Source: Nibricoccus sp. (GTDB taxonomy: Bacteria > Verrucomicrobiota > Verrucomicrobiia > Opitutales > Opitutaceae). Taken from it: a DNA stretch of 64,000 nucleotides. Made by a program: the position numbers and the translations under genes. The DNA lies in the NCBI GenBank assembly GCA_047602425.1, contig JASGHG010000001.1:1024001-1088000 (forward strand). The letters run 5' to 3'. The notes under the pieces were generated by a model. It did not search any database, had not been told where the DNA came from, and worked only from the letters and a program-made list of their open reading frames with translations. Positions 1-8,934 of the stretch are shown here, in pieces. Position 1 is the stretch's first letter. Each line of letters starts with the position of its first letter.

Positions 1-436
1 CGAAGGTCACAAGCGAAACCCACGACAGCACCGTGCGGGAGGGAGCCGAGAAGCGGCGCTCGAGGAATTCAGGCATCGTGAACACGCGTGAACGCGCGTA
101 GAAGGGCACAAAGACCCAGGCCAGTACGAGCAGACACCAAGCGTGCAGTTCGTAATGCGCGAGAGCAACGCCGTCCTTGGCGCCGGAACCGGCGAGGCCG
201 ACAATGTGTTCGGAGCCAATGTTGGAAGCGAAGATCGACGCACCGATCACCCACCAGCCGAGATTGCGGCCAGCGAGGAAGTAGTCGTCCGCGGTGTTTT
301 TGCTCTTCTTGACCACCCACCAGCCCACGCTGGCGAGGATCGCAAAGTAGCCCACGATGGCGAGCCAGTCGAGGCCGCCAAGGGTTGCGCTGGACGACGC
401 AGTCGCCGCCAGCAAGGGTTGTGATGCTATTGTCAT
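1..436 (-). CDS. Sodium:solute symporter (SSS/SglT family), probable sugar (arabinose) transporter; 3' end outside window
   Basis: Not in ORF track. Manual translation from ATG at 436: MTIASQ...DYFLAGRNLGWWVIGASIFASNIGSEHIVGLAGSG...FTMPEFLERRF, typical SSS motifs; last gene of the ara run. Confidence 0.9.
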   Translation of the reverse strand, partial: MTIASQPLLAATASSSATLGGLDWLAIVGYFAILASVGWWVVKKSKNTADDYFLAGRNLGWWVIGASIFASNIGSEHIVGLAGSGAKDGVALAHYELHAWCLLVLAWVFVPFYARSRVFTMPEFLERRFSAPSRTVLSWVSLVTF

Positions 437-481
437 TTGGGGAGGAGTTAACCTAACGATGGAGCTGAAAAATCGTCCGGC

Positions 482-1612
482 TTACTTGGCCGAAAATTTG
501 TAGATGATGGTGTTGGAATAGTTCTCGCCGGGCTTGAGAATCGTGTTGGGGAAGTTCGGATGGTTCGGCGAATCCGGGTAATGCTGCGGTTCGAGGCAGA
601 AGCCCGAGCGCTTTTGATAAACCTGGCCGTATTTGCCGTGGATGGTGCCGTCGAGGAAATTGCCGGCGTAGAATTGCACGGCTGGTTCGGTCGAGAGGAC
701 TTCGAGCACGATGCCGGTCTTGGGCGATTCAACGCGGGCTTGGAAGCCGAGTTCGCCGGCCTTCTTTTGGTTGACGACCCAGTTGTGGTCGTAACCGGGA
801 CCGTATTGGAGAACGGTATCGGGATCGTCGATACGAGCGCCGATGGCGGTCGGCTTGCGGAAGTCGAACGGCGTGCCTTCAACCGACTTGATTTCGCCAG
901 TGGGAATCAGGCCTTTGTCGACGGGCGTGGTCTTATCGGCGTTGATCGTGAGAAGGTGATCGAGGATCGTGCCTTCGCCGCTGAGGTTGAAATACGAATG
1001 GTGCGTCAGGTTAACCGGAGTGGCCTTGTCGGTCTTGGCCTTGAAGTCGACGCGGAGGGCGTTGTCGTTGGTCAGCGTGTAGGTCGCAATGACGTCGAGG
1101 TTGCCGGGGTATCCTTCGTCGCCGTCCTTCGAGAGGTAGTTGAGTTCGAGCGCGGCGCCGAGGTTGCTTTCGACCGGTTTGGCTTTCCAGATGACTTTAT
1201 CGAAACCTTTTTTTCCGCCGTGGAGAGCATTACCGTTGTCGTTGCCAGCGAGTTTGTAGGTTTTACCTTCGAGGGTGAATTCGCCCTTGGCGATGCGATT
1301 GCCGTAGCGGCCGATCAGCGCGCCGAAGTACGGAGTGACCTTCACATAGTCGTCGACCTTTTCGTAGCCTTGAACGACGTCGATCATCTTGCCGTTGCGA
1401 TCCGGCATCATGAGCGAAACGACGATGCCGCCGTAATTCGTGATGGTGGCTTCGGCGCCTTTGTCGTTGCGCAGCGTATAGAGTTCGACGGGTTGGCCAT
1501 CGACTTTGCCGAAAGGTTTGGAGGTGACGGAAGGTTTAGCAGAGAGCGAAGGCATAAATGAAGCAAACAGGGCCGCGACGGAAAGGGCGGCGAATTTCAG
1601 CGATGGGGTCAT
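482..1612 (-). CDS. galM: Aldose 1-epimerase (mutarotase) with N-terminal signal peptide
   Basis: GRYGNRIA, LHGG, NLTHHSYFNL, YDHN, FCLEPQHYPDSPN motifs. Confidence 0.93.
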   Translation of the reverse strand: MTPSLKFAALSVAALFASFMPSLSAKPSVTSKPFGKVDGQPVELYTLRNDKGAEATITNYGGIVVSLMMPDRNGKMIDVVQGYEKVDDYVKVTPYFGALIGRYGNRIAKGEFTLEGKTYKLAGNDNGNALHGGKKGFDKVIWKAKPVESNLGAALELNYLSKDGDEGYPGNLDVIATYTLTNDNALRVDFKAKTDKATPVNLTHHSYFNLSGEGTILDHLLTINADKTTPVDKGLIPTGEIKSVEGTPFDFRKPTAIGARIDDPDTVLQYGPGYDHNWVVNQKKAGELGFQARVESPKTGIVLEVLSTEPAVQFYAGNFLDGTIHGKYGQVYQKRSGFCLEPQHYPDSPNHPNFPNTILKPGENYSNTIIYKFSAK

Positions 1613-1648
1613 GGTTTCAGGGATTTTGGGTTTACGACAGGGAATTTT

Positions 1649-2350
1649 TCAATGCGCCTGACCGGCTTGGCCATAATAAGCGCCAGGCCCGTGCTTGCGT
1701 TTGAAATGCTTATTCAACAGCTCCGGCTCAATGGTCGGAAGCTTGGGTTCGAGCTGGAGAGACATGAGCGCCATGTGCGCGATGCATTCGACGGCGACGG
1801 CCACTTCGACCGCACCGGCCACTGTCGGGCGCCAAGTGAAGGGCGCGTGACGATTCACCAGCACCGCGGGAAAATCGAGCGGATCGAGGCCCTTGAAACG
1901 CTCAAGAATCACGTTGCCCGTTTCCCATTCGTACGCGCTAGCGATTTCCTGCGCGGTCATCTTACGGGTGACGGGAATGTCGCCGTTAAAATAATCCGCG
2001 TGTGTCGTGCCAAAAATCGGGATCGAACGGCCCGCTTGAGCAAACGCGGTCGCGTGCGACGAGTGCGTGTGAACCACGCCACCAATCGACTCGAAGGCTA
2101 GAAACAGTCGGCGATGCGTCGGCGTGTCGGAAGAGGGGTTGAGTTTGCCTTCGACTTTTTTGCCCTCGAGGTCAACGAGCACCATGTCCTCGGGTTTAAG
2201 AACGGCGTAATCGACGCCACTCGGCTTGATCGCGAAAATGCCTTTCGAACGGTCAATCGCGCTGGCATTGCCAAACGTGAGGTTGATCAAGCCGTGCTTC
2301 GGCAGCGCGATGTTCGCTTCGTAGGCTTCGCGTTTCAGTTCTTCGAGCAT
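1649..2350 (-). CDS. araD: L-ribulose-5-phosphate 4-epimerase
   Basis: GNAS, IKPSGV, PSSDTPTH, HTHS, GTTHADYF, KHGPGAYYGQ. Confidence 0.95.
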   Translation of the reverse strand: MLEELKREAYEANIALPKHGLINLTFGNASAIDRSKGIFAIKPSGVDYAVLKPEDMVLVDLEGKKVEGKLNPSSDTPTHRRLFLAFESIGGVVHTHSSHATAFAQAGRSIPIFGTTHADYFNGDIPVTRKMTAQEIASAYEWETGNVILERFKGLDPLDFPAVLVNRHAPFTWRPTVAGAVEVAVAVECIAHMALMSLQLEPKLPTIEPELLNKHFKRKHGPGAYYGQAGQAH

Positions 2351-2362
2351 GGGAAACGCCGA

Positions 2363-2466
2363 GCTGCGCTCGGGCGAGTTTAAGGATGAAGTTTAGGTTT
2401 AAGAAAGAGAATGAGTCTGGAAGCAAAACTTAAACTTTCACTTCCAGACTTAAACGAATGCGCAGC
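2363..2466. repeat. Intergenic inverted-repeat element with ~6-bp periodic arms
   Basis: GTTTAA/GTTTAG units on the left, CTTAAA/CTTTCA on the right; perfect 10-bp IR AGTCTGGAAG (2414-2423)/CTTCCAGACT (2441-2450); outer GCTGCGC/GCGCAGC. Confidence 0.65.
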
Positions 2467-2468
2467 GT

Positions 2469-3971
2469 TTAGACCCGGACACCTTGTGCAAGGTGGTAGT
2501 AGATCTCATTGTTGCGCAGTGTCTGTTTGAAGTCGCTGATCTTGGTGTCTTCACCAATGAGAACCATTTCGATGCCAGCGATGGTCGCGAAGTCTTCGAG
2601 CATTTCGCTCGTGACGACCGTGCTGTAACCGGTGTGGTGCGCACCGCCGGCGTAGATCCAAGCCGCGCAAGCGGTCTTGAAGTCGGGCTTGCACTCCCAA
2701 ACGGCGCGGGCCACGGGGAGCTTTGGCATCTTGGGGGTTTTGACGGCGTTGACTTCGTTGACGATCAGGCGGAAACGGTTGCCCATGTCCACGAGCGAAG
2801 CGTTGAGAGCCGGGCCGGTGGTGGCATCGAAGACGAGGCGGACTGGGTCGGCTTTGCCGCCGATACCGAGAGCATGGATTTCGACGTTCGGCTTCGCGCC
2901 GGCAATACTCGGGCAGATTTCCAGCATGTGCGCACCAAGGACCTGATGGCCTTTCGGCGACAGATGATAGGTGTAGTCTTCCATGAAGGAAGTGCCCACG
3001 CCGTCAGCCATGACCTTCATGGCGCGGAGGAGAGCAGATGTTTTCCAATCGCCTTCACCGGCGAAACCATAACCAGCCGCCATCAACCGCTGTGGGGCCA
3101 TGCCGGGCAGTTGTTCCAGGCCGTGCAGATCTTCGAAGGTGGTGGTGAAGCCCTTGAATTCGCCTTCTTCGAGGAAGGCGCTCAGGCCAGCCTCGATGCG
3201 GGCCGAGTAGCGGAGCGCGTCGTGACGGGCGCCTCCCTTGCGGAGCTCTTTGGCGATATTGTACTGTTCGGAATATTCAGCGATGAGCGAGTCGATCTTC
3301 TTGTCGGAGACCTGCTTCATCTTGGCAACGAGGTCGCCCACGCCGTAGCCGTTGGTGGAGAAACCGAATTTCATTTCAGTCGCAACCTTGTCGCCTTCGG
3401 TGACGGCCACCTGGCGCATGTTGTCGCCGAAACGGCAGAAACGACCACCCTGCCAATCCTGCCAGGCGCGAGCGGCGCGCATCCAAGCGCTAATGCGGTC
3501 CTGGACTTCGGTGTCGGACCAGTGGCCGACGACGACCTTGCGGCCGAGGCGCATGCGCGTGTGGATGAAGCCCGCTTCGCGGTCGCCGTGGGCGGCCTGA
3601 TTGAGGTTCATGAAGTCCATATCGATCGTGCCCCAGGGCAGATCGCGGTTGAACTGCGTATGCAGGTGGAGGAAGGGCTTTTTAAGGATGTTCAGGCCAC
3701 GGATCCACATCTTCGACGGCGAGAACGTGTGCATCCAGAGGATCAAGCCGGCGCAGTTGGCGTTCGAGTTGGCCTCGATCGCGAGTTTGGCGATTTCGTC
3801 TGGTGTGGTCAGCAGGGCCTTGAAGACGATCGGGTACGGAATGCGCTTCGAGCTGCTGAGGGAATCAGCGACTTGCTTGGCATTGTCGGCGACCTGCTTG
3901 AGCGGGCCAGGGCCGTAGAGATGCTGCGAACCGCAGACGAACCAGATTTCGGAAGTGGGGAGGTTTTTCAT
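2469..3971 (-). CDS. araA: L-arabinose isomerase
   Basis: [53 protein letters not shown]. Confidence 0.97.
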   Translation of the reverse strand: MKNLPTSEIWFVCGSQHLYGPGPLKQVADNAKQVADSLSSSKRIPYPIVFKALLTTPDEIAKLAIEANSNANCAGLILWMHTFSPSKMWIRGLNILKKPFLHLHTQFNRDLPWGTIDMDFMNLNQAAHGDREAGFIHTRMRLGRKVVVGHWSDTEVQDRISAWMRAARAWQDWQGGRFCRFGDNMRQVAVTEGDKVATEMKFGFSTNGYGVGDLVAKMKQVSDKKIDSLIAEYSEQYNIAKELRKGGARHDALRYSARIEAGLSAFLEEGEFKGFTTTFEDLHGLEQLPGMAPQRLMAAGYGFAGEGDWKTSALLRAMKVMADGVGTSFMEDYTYHLSPKGHQVLGAHMLEICPSIAGAKPNVEIHALGIGGKADPVRLVFDATTGPALNASLVDMGNRFRLIVNEVNAVKTPKMPKLPVARAVWECKPDFKTACAAWIYAGGAHHTGYSTVVTSEMLEDFATIAGIEMVLIGEDTKISDFKQTLRNNEIYYHLAQGVRV

Positions 3972-4002
3972 GAAGAGTTGGTGTGAGGGGGTTGTAGGAA
4001 AA

Positions 4003-4094
4003 AATCTTTATTCTTTCTCTTTATCTTTCGTCTTTCTCCTCTCCGAACCAGAAGGCCGAGATAAAGAGAAAGAGTAAGATAAAGAAGAAAGATT
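4003..4094. repeat. Intergenic inverted-repeat element with 6-bp periodic arms (TCTTTN / NAAAGA)
   Basis: Perfect 15-bp IR TCTTTCTCTTTATCT (4012-4026)/AGATAAAGAGAAAGA (4059-4073) within longer degenerate arms. Confidence 0.75.
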
Positions 4095-4114
4095 CGGAGG
4101 CGGATGAGTGGTTA

Positions 4115-5773
4115 CTAGGCCTGGGCTTCCTTGAGCGCGAGGAGGTCTTTCATGACGCGCGAGAGGTCGGCGTTTTTATTGAGGCCGCCGAACGCGTCGT
4201 GAACTTGGCGGTACAGACGATAGATTTCGTTGTAGACCTTCTGGTTCGCGGGGTTCGGCTTGTATTGCTTCTTTTCAAGCTTGGTCATCTTGGCCTGGGC
4301 CGTCGGGAAGTCCTTGTGGGCTCCCGCGAGCACGGCGGCGGAGACGGCCGAACCGAGCGCGCAAGCTTGGTTCGAGGTCGTGACCAACATCGTGCAACCG
4401 GTAACGTCGGCGTAGATTTGCATGAGCATCGCGTCCTTGCGGGCGATGCCGCCGGCGCAGACGATGCGGTCAATCGGCACGCCGTATTCCTTGATGCGTT
4501 CGATGATTGCGCGGGCGCCGAAGGCCGTGGCCTCGATGAGCGCGCGGTAAATTTCGCCCTTGGTGGTGTGCAGCGTCTGGCCGAGGAGAAGGCCGGAAAG
4601 CATTGGATCAACGAGGATGGTTCGGTTACCGTTGTTCCAGTCGAGCGCAAGCAGGCCAGCTTGGCCGGGCTTCTGCTTGACGACTTCAGCCTGGAGCGCC
4701 TTGTGCATCGCGCCGTCGCCTTCGCACACGCCTTCGACCCACCATTTGAAAATGTCACCGACGGCGGACTGGCCCGCCTCGATGCCGTAGAAACCGGGAA
4801 GGATAGCGCCTTTGACGATGCCGCAGATGCCCGGGATGTCGGGTACGGTTTTCTCCGCGGAAACCACACCGCAGTCGCAGGTGGAGGTGCCGATGACTTT
4901 GACCAGCGTGCCTTCTTTCACACCGCAGCCGATGGCGCCGTAGTGAACGTCGAATTCGCCGATCGCGATCGGAATGCCCGCGGGCAGACCAAGCTTCTTG
5001 GCCCAATCGTCGCAAAGCGTGCCGGCAGCCTCAGTGGCGTCGTAGGCTTTTTCGAAAAGGCGGTCGCGAAGGTCGGCCATCTTTGGATCGAGCAGAGCGA
5101 GGAATTCCTTGTCGGGCAGGCCGCCCCAGTCTTCGGCATAAAAGGCCTTGTGACCCGCCGCGCACACGCCGCGTTTCACCAGCTTCGGATCGGTCACGCC
5201 CGCAAGGACGGACGGAACCCAGTCGGAAAGTTCGACCCACGAATAGGCGGCATCGAATACCTGCGGCGAAACCTTGAGACAGCGCCAAAGCTTCGACCAG
5301 AACCATTCGGATGAATATGTGTTGCCGCACTTCGCGATGTATTGCGGGCGGTTTTGCGTGGCGAGTTCGGTGATCTTTGCAGCCTCGCGCCAGCTGGTGT
5401 GGTCTTTCCAGAGCCAGCACTGCGCGGCGAGATTCTTTGCGTACTTTTTCGAGAGCGCGAGCGGGACGTTTTTCGCGTCGACCGGGATTGGGCTGGAACC
5501 CGTAGTGTCCACGCCAATACCGACGACTTTTTTCGCGTCGAAGCCTTTCACCTTCTTGGCAGCGGCCAGCGCGACCTTCACGCTCTTCTCCAAACCGAAG
5601 AGATAATCGCCAGGATGCTGGCGAGCGAGGTTGTGATCCTTGGGGTCAAGCAGGATGCCCTGCTTGCCGCTGGGATAATCAACGACAGCACTGCTGATCT
5701 CTGCGCCATCGGCGCAGCGAACAATTAAACAACGCACCGAGTTGGTGCCGTAATCAAGGCCTAGGGTATACAC
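4115..5773 (-). CDS. araB: Ribulokinase (FGGY family)
   Basis: LGLDYGTNSVR, GVDTTGSSP, LWKDHT, YSSEWFWSK, LDWNNGNRT; GTG start. Confidence 0.95.
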   Translation of the reverse strand: MYTLGLDYGTNSVRCLIVRCADGAEISSAVVDYPSGKQGILLDPKDHNLARQHPGDYLFGLEKSVKVALAAAKKVKGFDAKKVVGIGVDTTGSSPIPVDAKNVPLALSKKYAKNLAAQCWLWKDHTSWREAAKITELATQNRPQYIAKCGNTYSSEWFWSKLWRCLKVSPQVFDAAYSWVELSDWVPSVLAGVTDPKLVKRGVCAAGHKAFYAEDWGGLPDKEFLALLDPKMADLRDRLFEKAYDATEAAGTLCDDWAKKLGLPAGIPIAIGEFDVHYGAIGCGVKEGTLVKVIGTSTCDCGVVSAEKTVPDIPGICGIVKGAILPGFYGIEAGQSAVGDIFKWWVEGVCEGDGAMHKALQAEVVKQKPGQAGLLALDWNNGNRTILVDPMLSGLLLGQTLHTTKGEIYRALIEATAFGARAIIERIKEYGVPIDRIVCAGGIARKDAMLMQIYADVTGCTMLVTTSNQACALGSAVSAAVLAGAHKDFPTAQAKMTKLEKKQYKPNPANQKVYNEIYRLYRQVHDAFGGLNKNADLSRVMKDLLALKEAQA

Positions 5774-5810
5774 GCGGAAAATCTTAGAATGGCATTTTCG
5801 CCCGTAAACG

Positions 5811-5831
5811 CCACCGTCACTTGACAGTCAC
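5811..5831. promoter_or_regulatory. Candidate LacI-family operator/promoter in the divergent araB-lacI spacer
   Basis: Palindrome TGACAGTCA (5822-5830) with an adjacent CCGTCAC half-site, overlapping a TTGACA hexamer (5821-5826). Confidence 0.35.
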
Positions 5832-5890
5832 GCCGGCAGCCGTTTTTAGTCGTCTCTCCAGACCGAAATCCGCCACTCCTCCACCCACCC

Positions 5891-6943
5891 ATGCCTGAAC
5901 CACGTGTCACGATGGGCAGTATTGCCGAACGCGCCGGTGTTTCGAAAAACACGGTCTCACTCGCGCTGCGCCATGATCCGCAGATCCCGTTGGACACTCG
6001 TAAACGGATCGAGCGCATCGCTAAGTCACTCGGTTACACGAAGAACCCCGTCGTTGCCCAACTCATGACGGAGTTGCGCAAGGCCCATCCCGCCGGTTAC
6101 CGCCGCACGCTCGCCCTGCTCAACGCGAATCAAGATCCCAAAGCTTTCAAAGATCATCCGACCGTCCCGGTCTACGTTGAAGGCTGTCGCCGCCGCGCCG
6201 CTTTTCACGGGTATAAGTTGGACGACTTTTGGCTGCACGACCCGAAACTCAATGGCGACCGCCTCGCCCGCGTGCTTCGCGCCCGGGGCATTCGTGGCGC
6301 GCTCATTGTCGGCTTGATGAAAGAAAACCGGCTGCCCGAACGCTTCGCTTCGCTTTGGTCGCAACAGGCCTGCGTGGTCACCGGTGTGCGCACGCACCAC
6401 CCGACCCTGCCGTTTTGCTGTGTCGACCACCATGCACTCGTGCTCGAAGCCGTCGAACAGGCCGTCGCCCTCGGCTACAAACGCCCCGCGCTCGTCGTCG
6501 ACGAACACATCGACCAACTCGTCGATGGACGCTTTAGCTCTGGTATGTGGATCGGCCAGCAGGCCCTGCCCCCCGAACAGCGCCTGCCCGGCTTCTATGC
6601 GGTCGAAACCTCGCGCCAGGACCAAACCGCCTTCGCCGCCTGGATGCGCGAGCACAAGCCCGATGTCATTTTCACGCTCTACAATTTCGTCCGCCACTGG
6701 GTGGAAGCGCTCGGCCTCCAAGTTCCGCGCGACGTGGGCATGATCCAGCTTGAGCTGCGCAAAGGCAATGAAGGCTGGGCCGGAATGGAACAGCACAACG
6801 ACCTCACCGGCGAAGCCGCGATCGACATGCTCGTCGGCATGCTGCACAATAATGAAATCGGCCCGCCCGCCTTCCCCCGCGCCACTCTGATCAGCGGCAG
6901 CTGGGTTCCTGGGAAAACCGTCAGAGCCAAAACGGATTCTTAA
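5891..6943 (+). CDS. LacI-family transcriptional regulator, probable arabinose regulator
   Basis: N-terminal HTH VTMGSIAERAGVSKNTVSLALR; divergent from araB. Confidence 0.88.
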   Translation: MPEPRVTMGSIAERAGVSKNTVSLALRHDPQIPLDTRKRIERIAKSLGYTKNPVVAQLMTELRKAHPAGYRRTLALLNANQDPKAFKDHPTVPVYVEGCRRRAAFHGYKLDDFWLHDPKLNGDRLARVLRARGIRGALIVGLMKENRLPERFASLWSQQACVVTGVRTHHPTLPFCCVDHHALVLEAVEQAVALGYKRPALVVDEHIDQLVDGRFSSGMWIGQQALPPEQRLPGFYAVETSRQDQTAFAAWMREHKPDVIFTLYNFVRHWVEALGLQVPRDVGMIQLELRKGNEGWAGMEQHNDLTGEAAIDMLVGMLHNNEIGPPAFPRATLISGSWVPGKTVRAKTDS

Positions 6944-6950
6944 CCGCCCA

Positions 6951-8924
6951 TCATTTCAAAATGATCGAGCACCGGTCGGCCCGGGCGACGTCGTTCAGAA
7001 ACTGCCGGATTTTTGCATAGTCTTCGACCGGAAGGTCCATCCGGGAAAGCGTCAACCGCCGGTTTAAGACGACGGTGTCGTCCACCGCTTTCAAGGTCAG
7101 GCTGTAGCTTCCGAAGGCGCTTTCGATCGTCGCCTTTTCCGGAAGATCCTCAACCTTCAGCCCAGGAGGAATTTTCAGGTGGATTTCGTCATCCAGGGAC
7201 AGGGCGTAAAGCGTGATGGGCAGCTGTCGTTCCGCCTTCGAAAAAGAGGGCAGATTGTCGCGGGAAAATATCTCCATTTTGACCACCACCATGTTGCCCT
7301 GCAGGCGCTGCGCGAATCGTTTGTTTTCGCAGGACAGAATCTTGAGGAAACGGCCGCTGACGGCGTCGTCCTCGACATTTTGCGACAAAAGTTTTGCGCT
7401 GCGGAAACCATCGCTCAGCCCCATTCGAAAGAATTTTTCCCGACCGGCCGGGGTCGCGGCGTCTTCCCAACTGGCGCGGGCCACAGCGCCGTAATAGCCG
7501 TGACTTTCGATGCGGGCGTCGACCTTAACATTTCCATCCGCACCAAGCTCCATGGACGCTTTCCTGCAAATTCTGAAGCCTGCTTCAGGCGAAATTTCAG
7601 GCACACTGACCAGCGTTTCGACGGATTTGGAGTCGAGCGCGATTTTGGAGCCCTGCAAGTTTCTCGGAATATCGCCGAGCGTCGTATATTTGTCGGTTGG
7701 ATCAAAAATCAACAGCTTGCCCAAGGGCGCCACCTGCACGGTCGCTTGCGCAGGAGCGTCCGGCGGAGCCGCGATGCACAGGATCGCATGATTGAACTGC
7801 AGCGGCGTCGGAATTTCCTCGTGGACCTTGCGGTAGCCATGGGTTTGGGCGGAAGCCGTATAAGATTTGATGCCCGCGACCTGCAGCATAGACTTGAGCA
7901 AATTCGCCTTGTCTTTGCAGTCACCGTAGCCACGAGACAGAACCAAAGAGGCCTTGCGCGCAACATAACCCGCGCCTTTGCCCAAATCCTGGTTGCTCGC
8001 GACATAACGGAGTGATTGCACGAAGCGGCTGAGAACCCGTATCCTGGCCAGGTCATCGGGACAACCAGCGGTGAGTTCTAAAACTTTGGCGGTAATAGCC
8101 GGATTGGTGTCACAGGACTCGACATTTAGTTTTTCAACCCATTCCGCCACGTCCGCCCAGGATTTGAACGATTTGGCAGTGAAATTTGGCGCCAGCGCCG
8201 GTGGCACGATCTGGACATAAAGGTCGGCGTCAATCAGCGCCGTTTCCGAGGCAAAGGGTTCGTCGGGTCGATACTTTGTGGGTCCAAGGGTCCAAGTCCG
8301 GGTTCTGCCATCGGCCGAAATAGTGCTCTCCGGAAGATTTTTGCCCAGAAGGCGCGGCTCCATTGAGAATCCCGCCGGAACCGTGACGCTTACGCGGGTC
8401 GTCTGCGTCGGCAAATCGGACATGAATCGCCAGGCCTGCAACGCGATTAGCAAGGAACGACGAACGCAAATTTCGTAAGCGCATAAATCGCCGGCTACCG
8501 CCGCATCCACCACGCTTATTTGCCTCTTCCGGGTCTCCTCCACCGTGGTGCTTCCCGTGCCGGTAGAGACGTCGACCCAGTCGCGCTTGGTTTTTTCCTT
8601 AATGGATGAACCATTTCTTATGAGCCAAATTTTGGCGTCGATGACTTTGTCGGTTTTTTCGTTGTAGAAGACCGAGGCTTCGGCCCAGCGTGCTCCGGCG
8701 TTTTTCAGCAGACGAATGACCACCCGATGGGTTTCGGTCGTTGCCCCGTCGGAGGACACATTCACGGAGGTATCGTCCGACAAGACCACGGCGGGCGGGT
8801 CCAATTCGAAATTTTGAGCGGGGATTTTGGCCACGGATTTTATCCAATCGGGAAGCTCCGCGCGAAGATTCGGAGCCGCGACCAAAAGCATCGTCGCCCA
8901 CAACAATCGTGAAAATTTTTCCAT
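6951..8924 (-). CDS. DUF3857 + transglutaminase-like domain secreted protein
   Basis: Signal peptide; GYGDCKDKANLL, FNHAI and IFDPT give a Cys-His-Asp triad. Confidence 0.85.
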   Translation of the reverse strand: MEKFSRLLWATMLLVAAPNLRAELPDWIKSVAKIPAQNFELDPPAVVLSDDTSVNVSSDGATTETHRVVIRLLKNAGARWAEASVFYNEKTDKVIDAKIWLIRNGSSIKEKTKRDWVDVSTGTGSTTVEETRKRQISVVDAAVAGDLCAYEICVRRSLLIALQAWRFMSDLPTQTTRVSVTVPAGFSMEPRLLGKNLPESTISADGRTRTWTLGPTKYRPDEPFASETALIDADLYVQIVPPALAPNFTAKSFKSWADVAEWVEKLNVESCDTNPAITAKVLELTAGCPDDLARIRVLSRFVQSLRYVASNQDLGKGAGYVARKASLVLSRGYGDCKDKANLLKSMLQVAGIKSYTASAQTHGYRKVHEEIPTPLQFNHAILCIAAPPDAPAQATVQVAPLGKLLIFDPTDKYTTLGDIPRNLQGSKIALDSKSVETLVSVPEISPEAGFRICRKASMELGADGNVKVDARIESHGYYGAVARASWEDAATPAGREKFFRMGLSDGFRSAKLLSQNVEDDAVSGRFLKILSCENKRFAQRLQGNMVVVKMEIFSRDNLPSFSKAERQLPITLYALSLDDEIHLKIPPGLKVEDLPEKATIESAFGSYSLTLKAVDDTVVLNRRLTLSRMDLPVEDYAKIRQFLNDVARADRCSIILK

Positions 8925-8934
8925 GGACGAAGAT

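Noticed and set aside
560..5314. Long plus-strand ORFs antisense to galM, araA and araB (similar ones over nadB, the MCP, the kinase and the DD-peptidase)
   Set aside because: Shadow ORFs expected from GC-rich codon bias; they mirror recognisable genes and have no motifs of their own.
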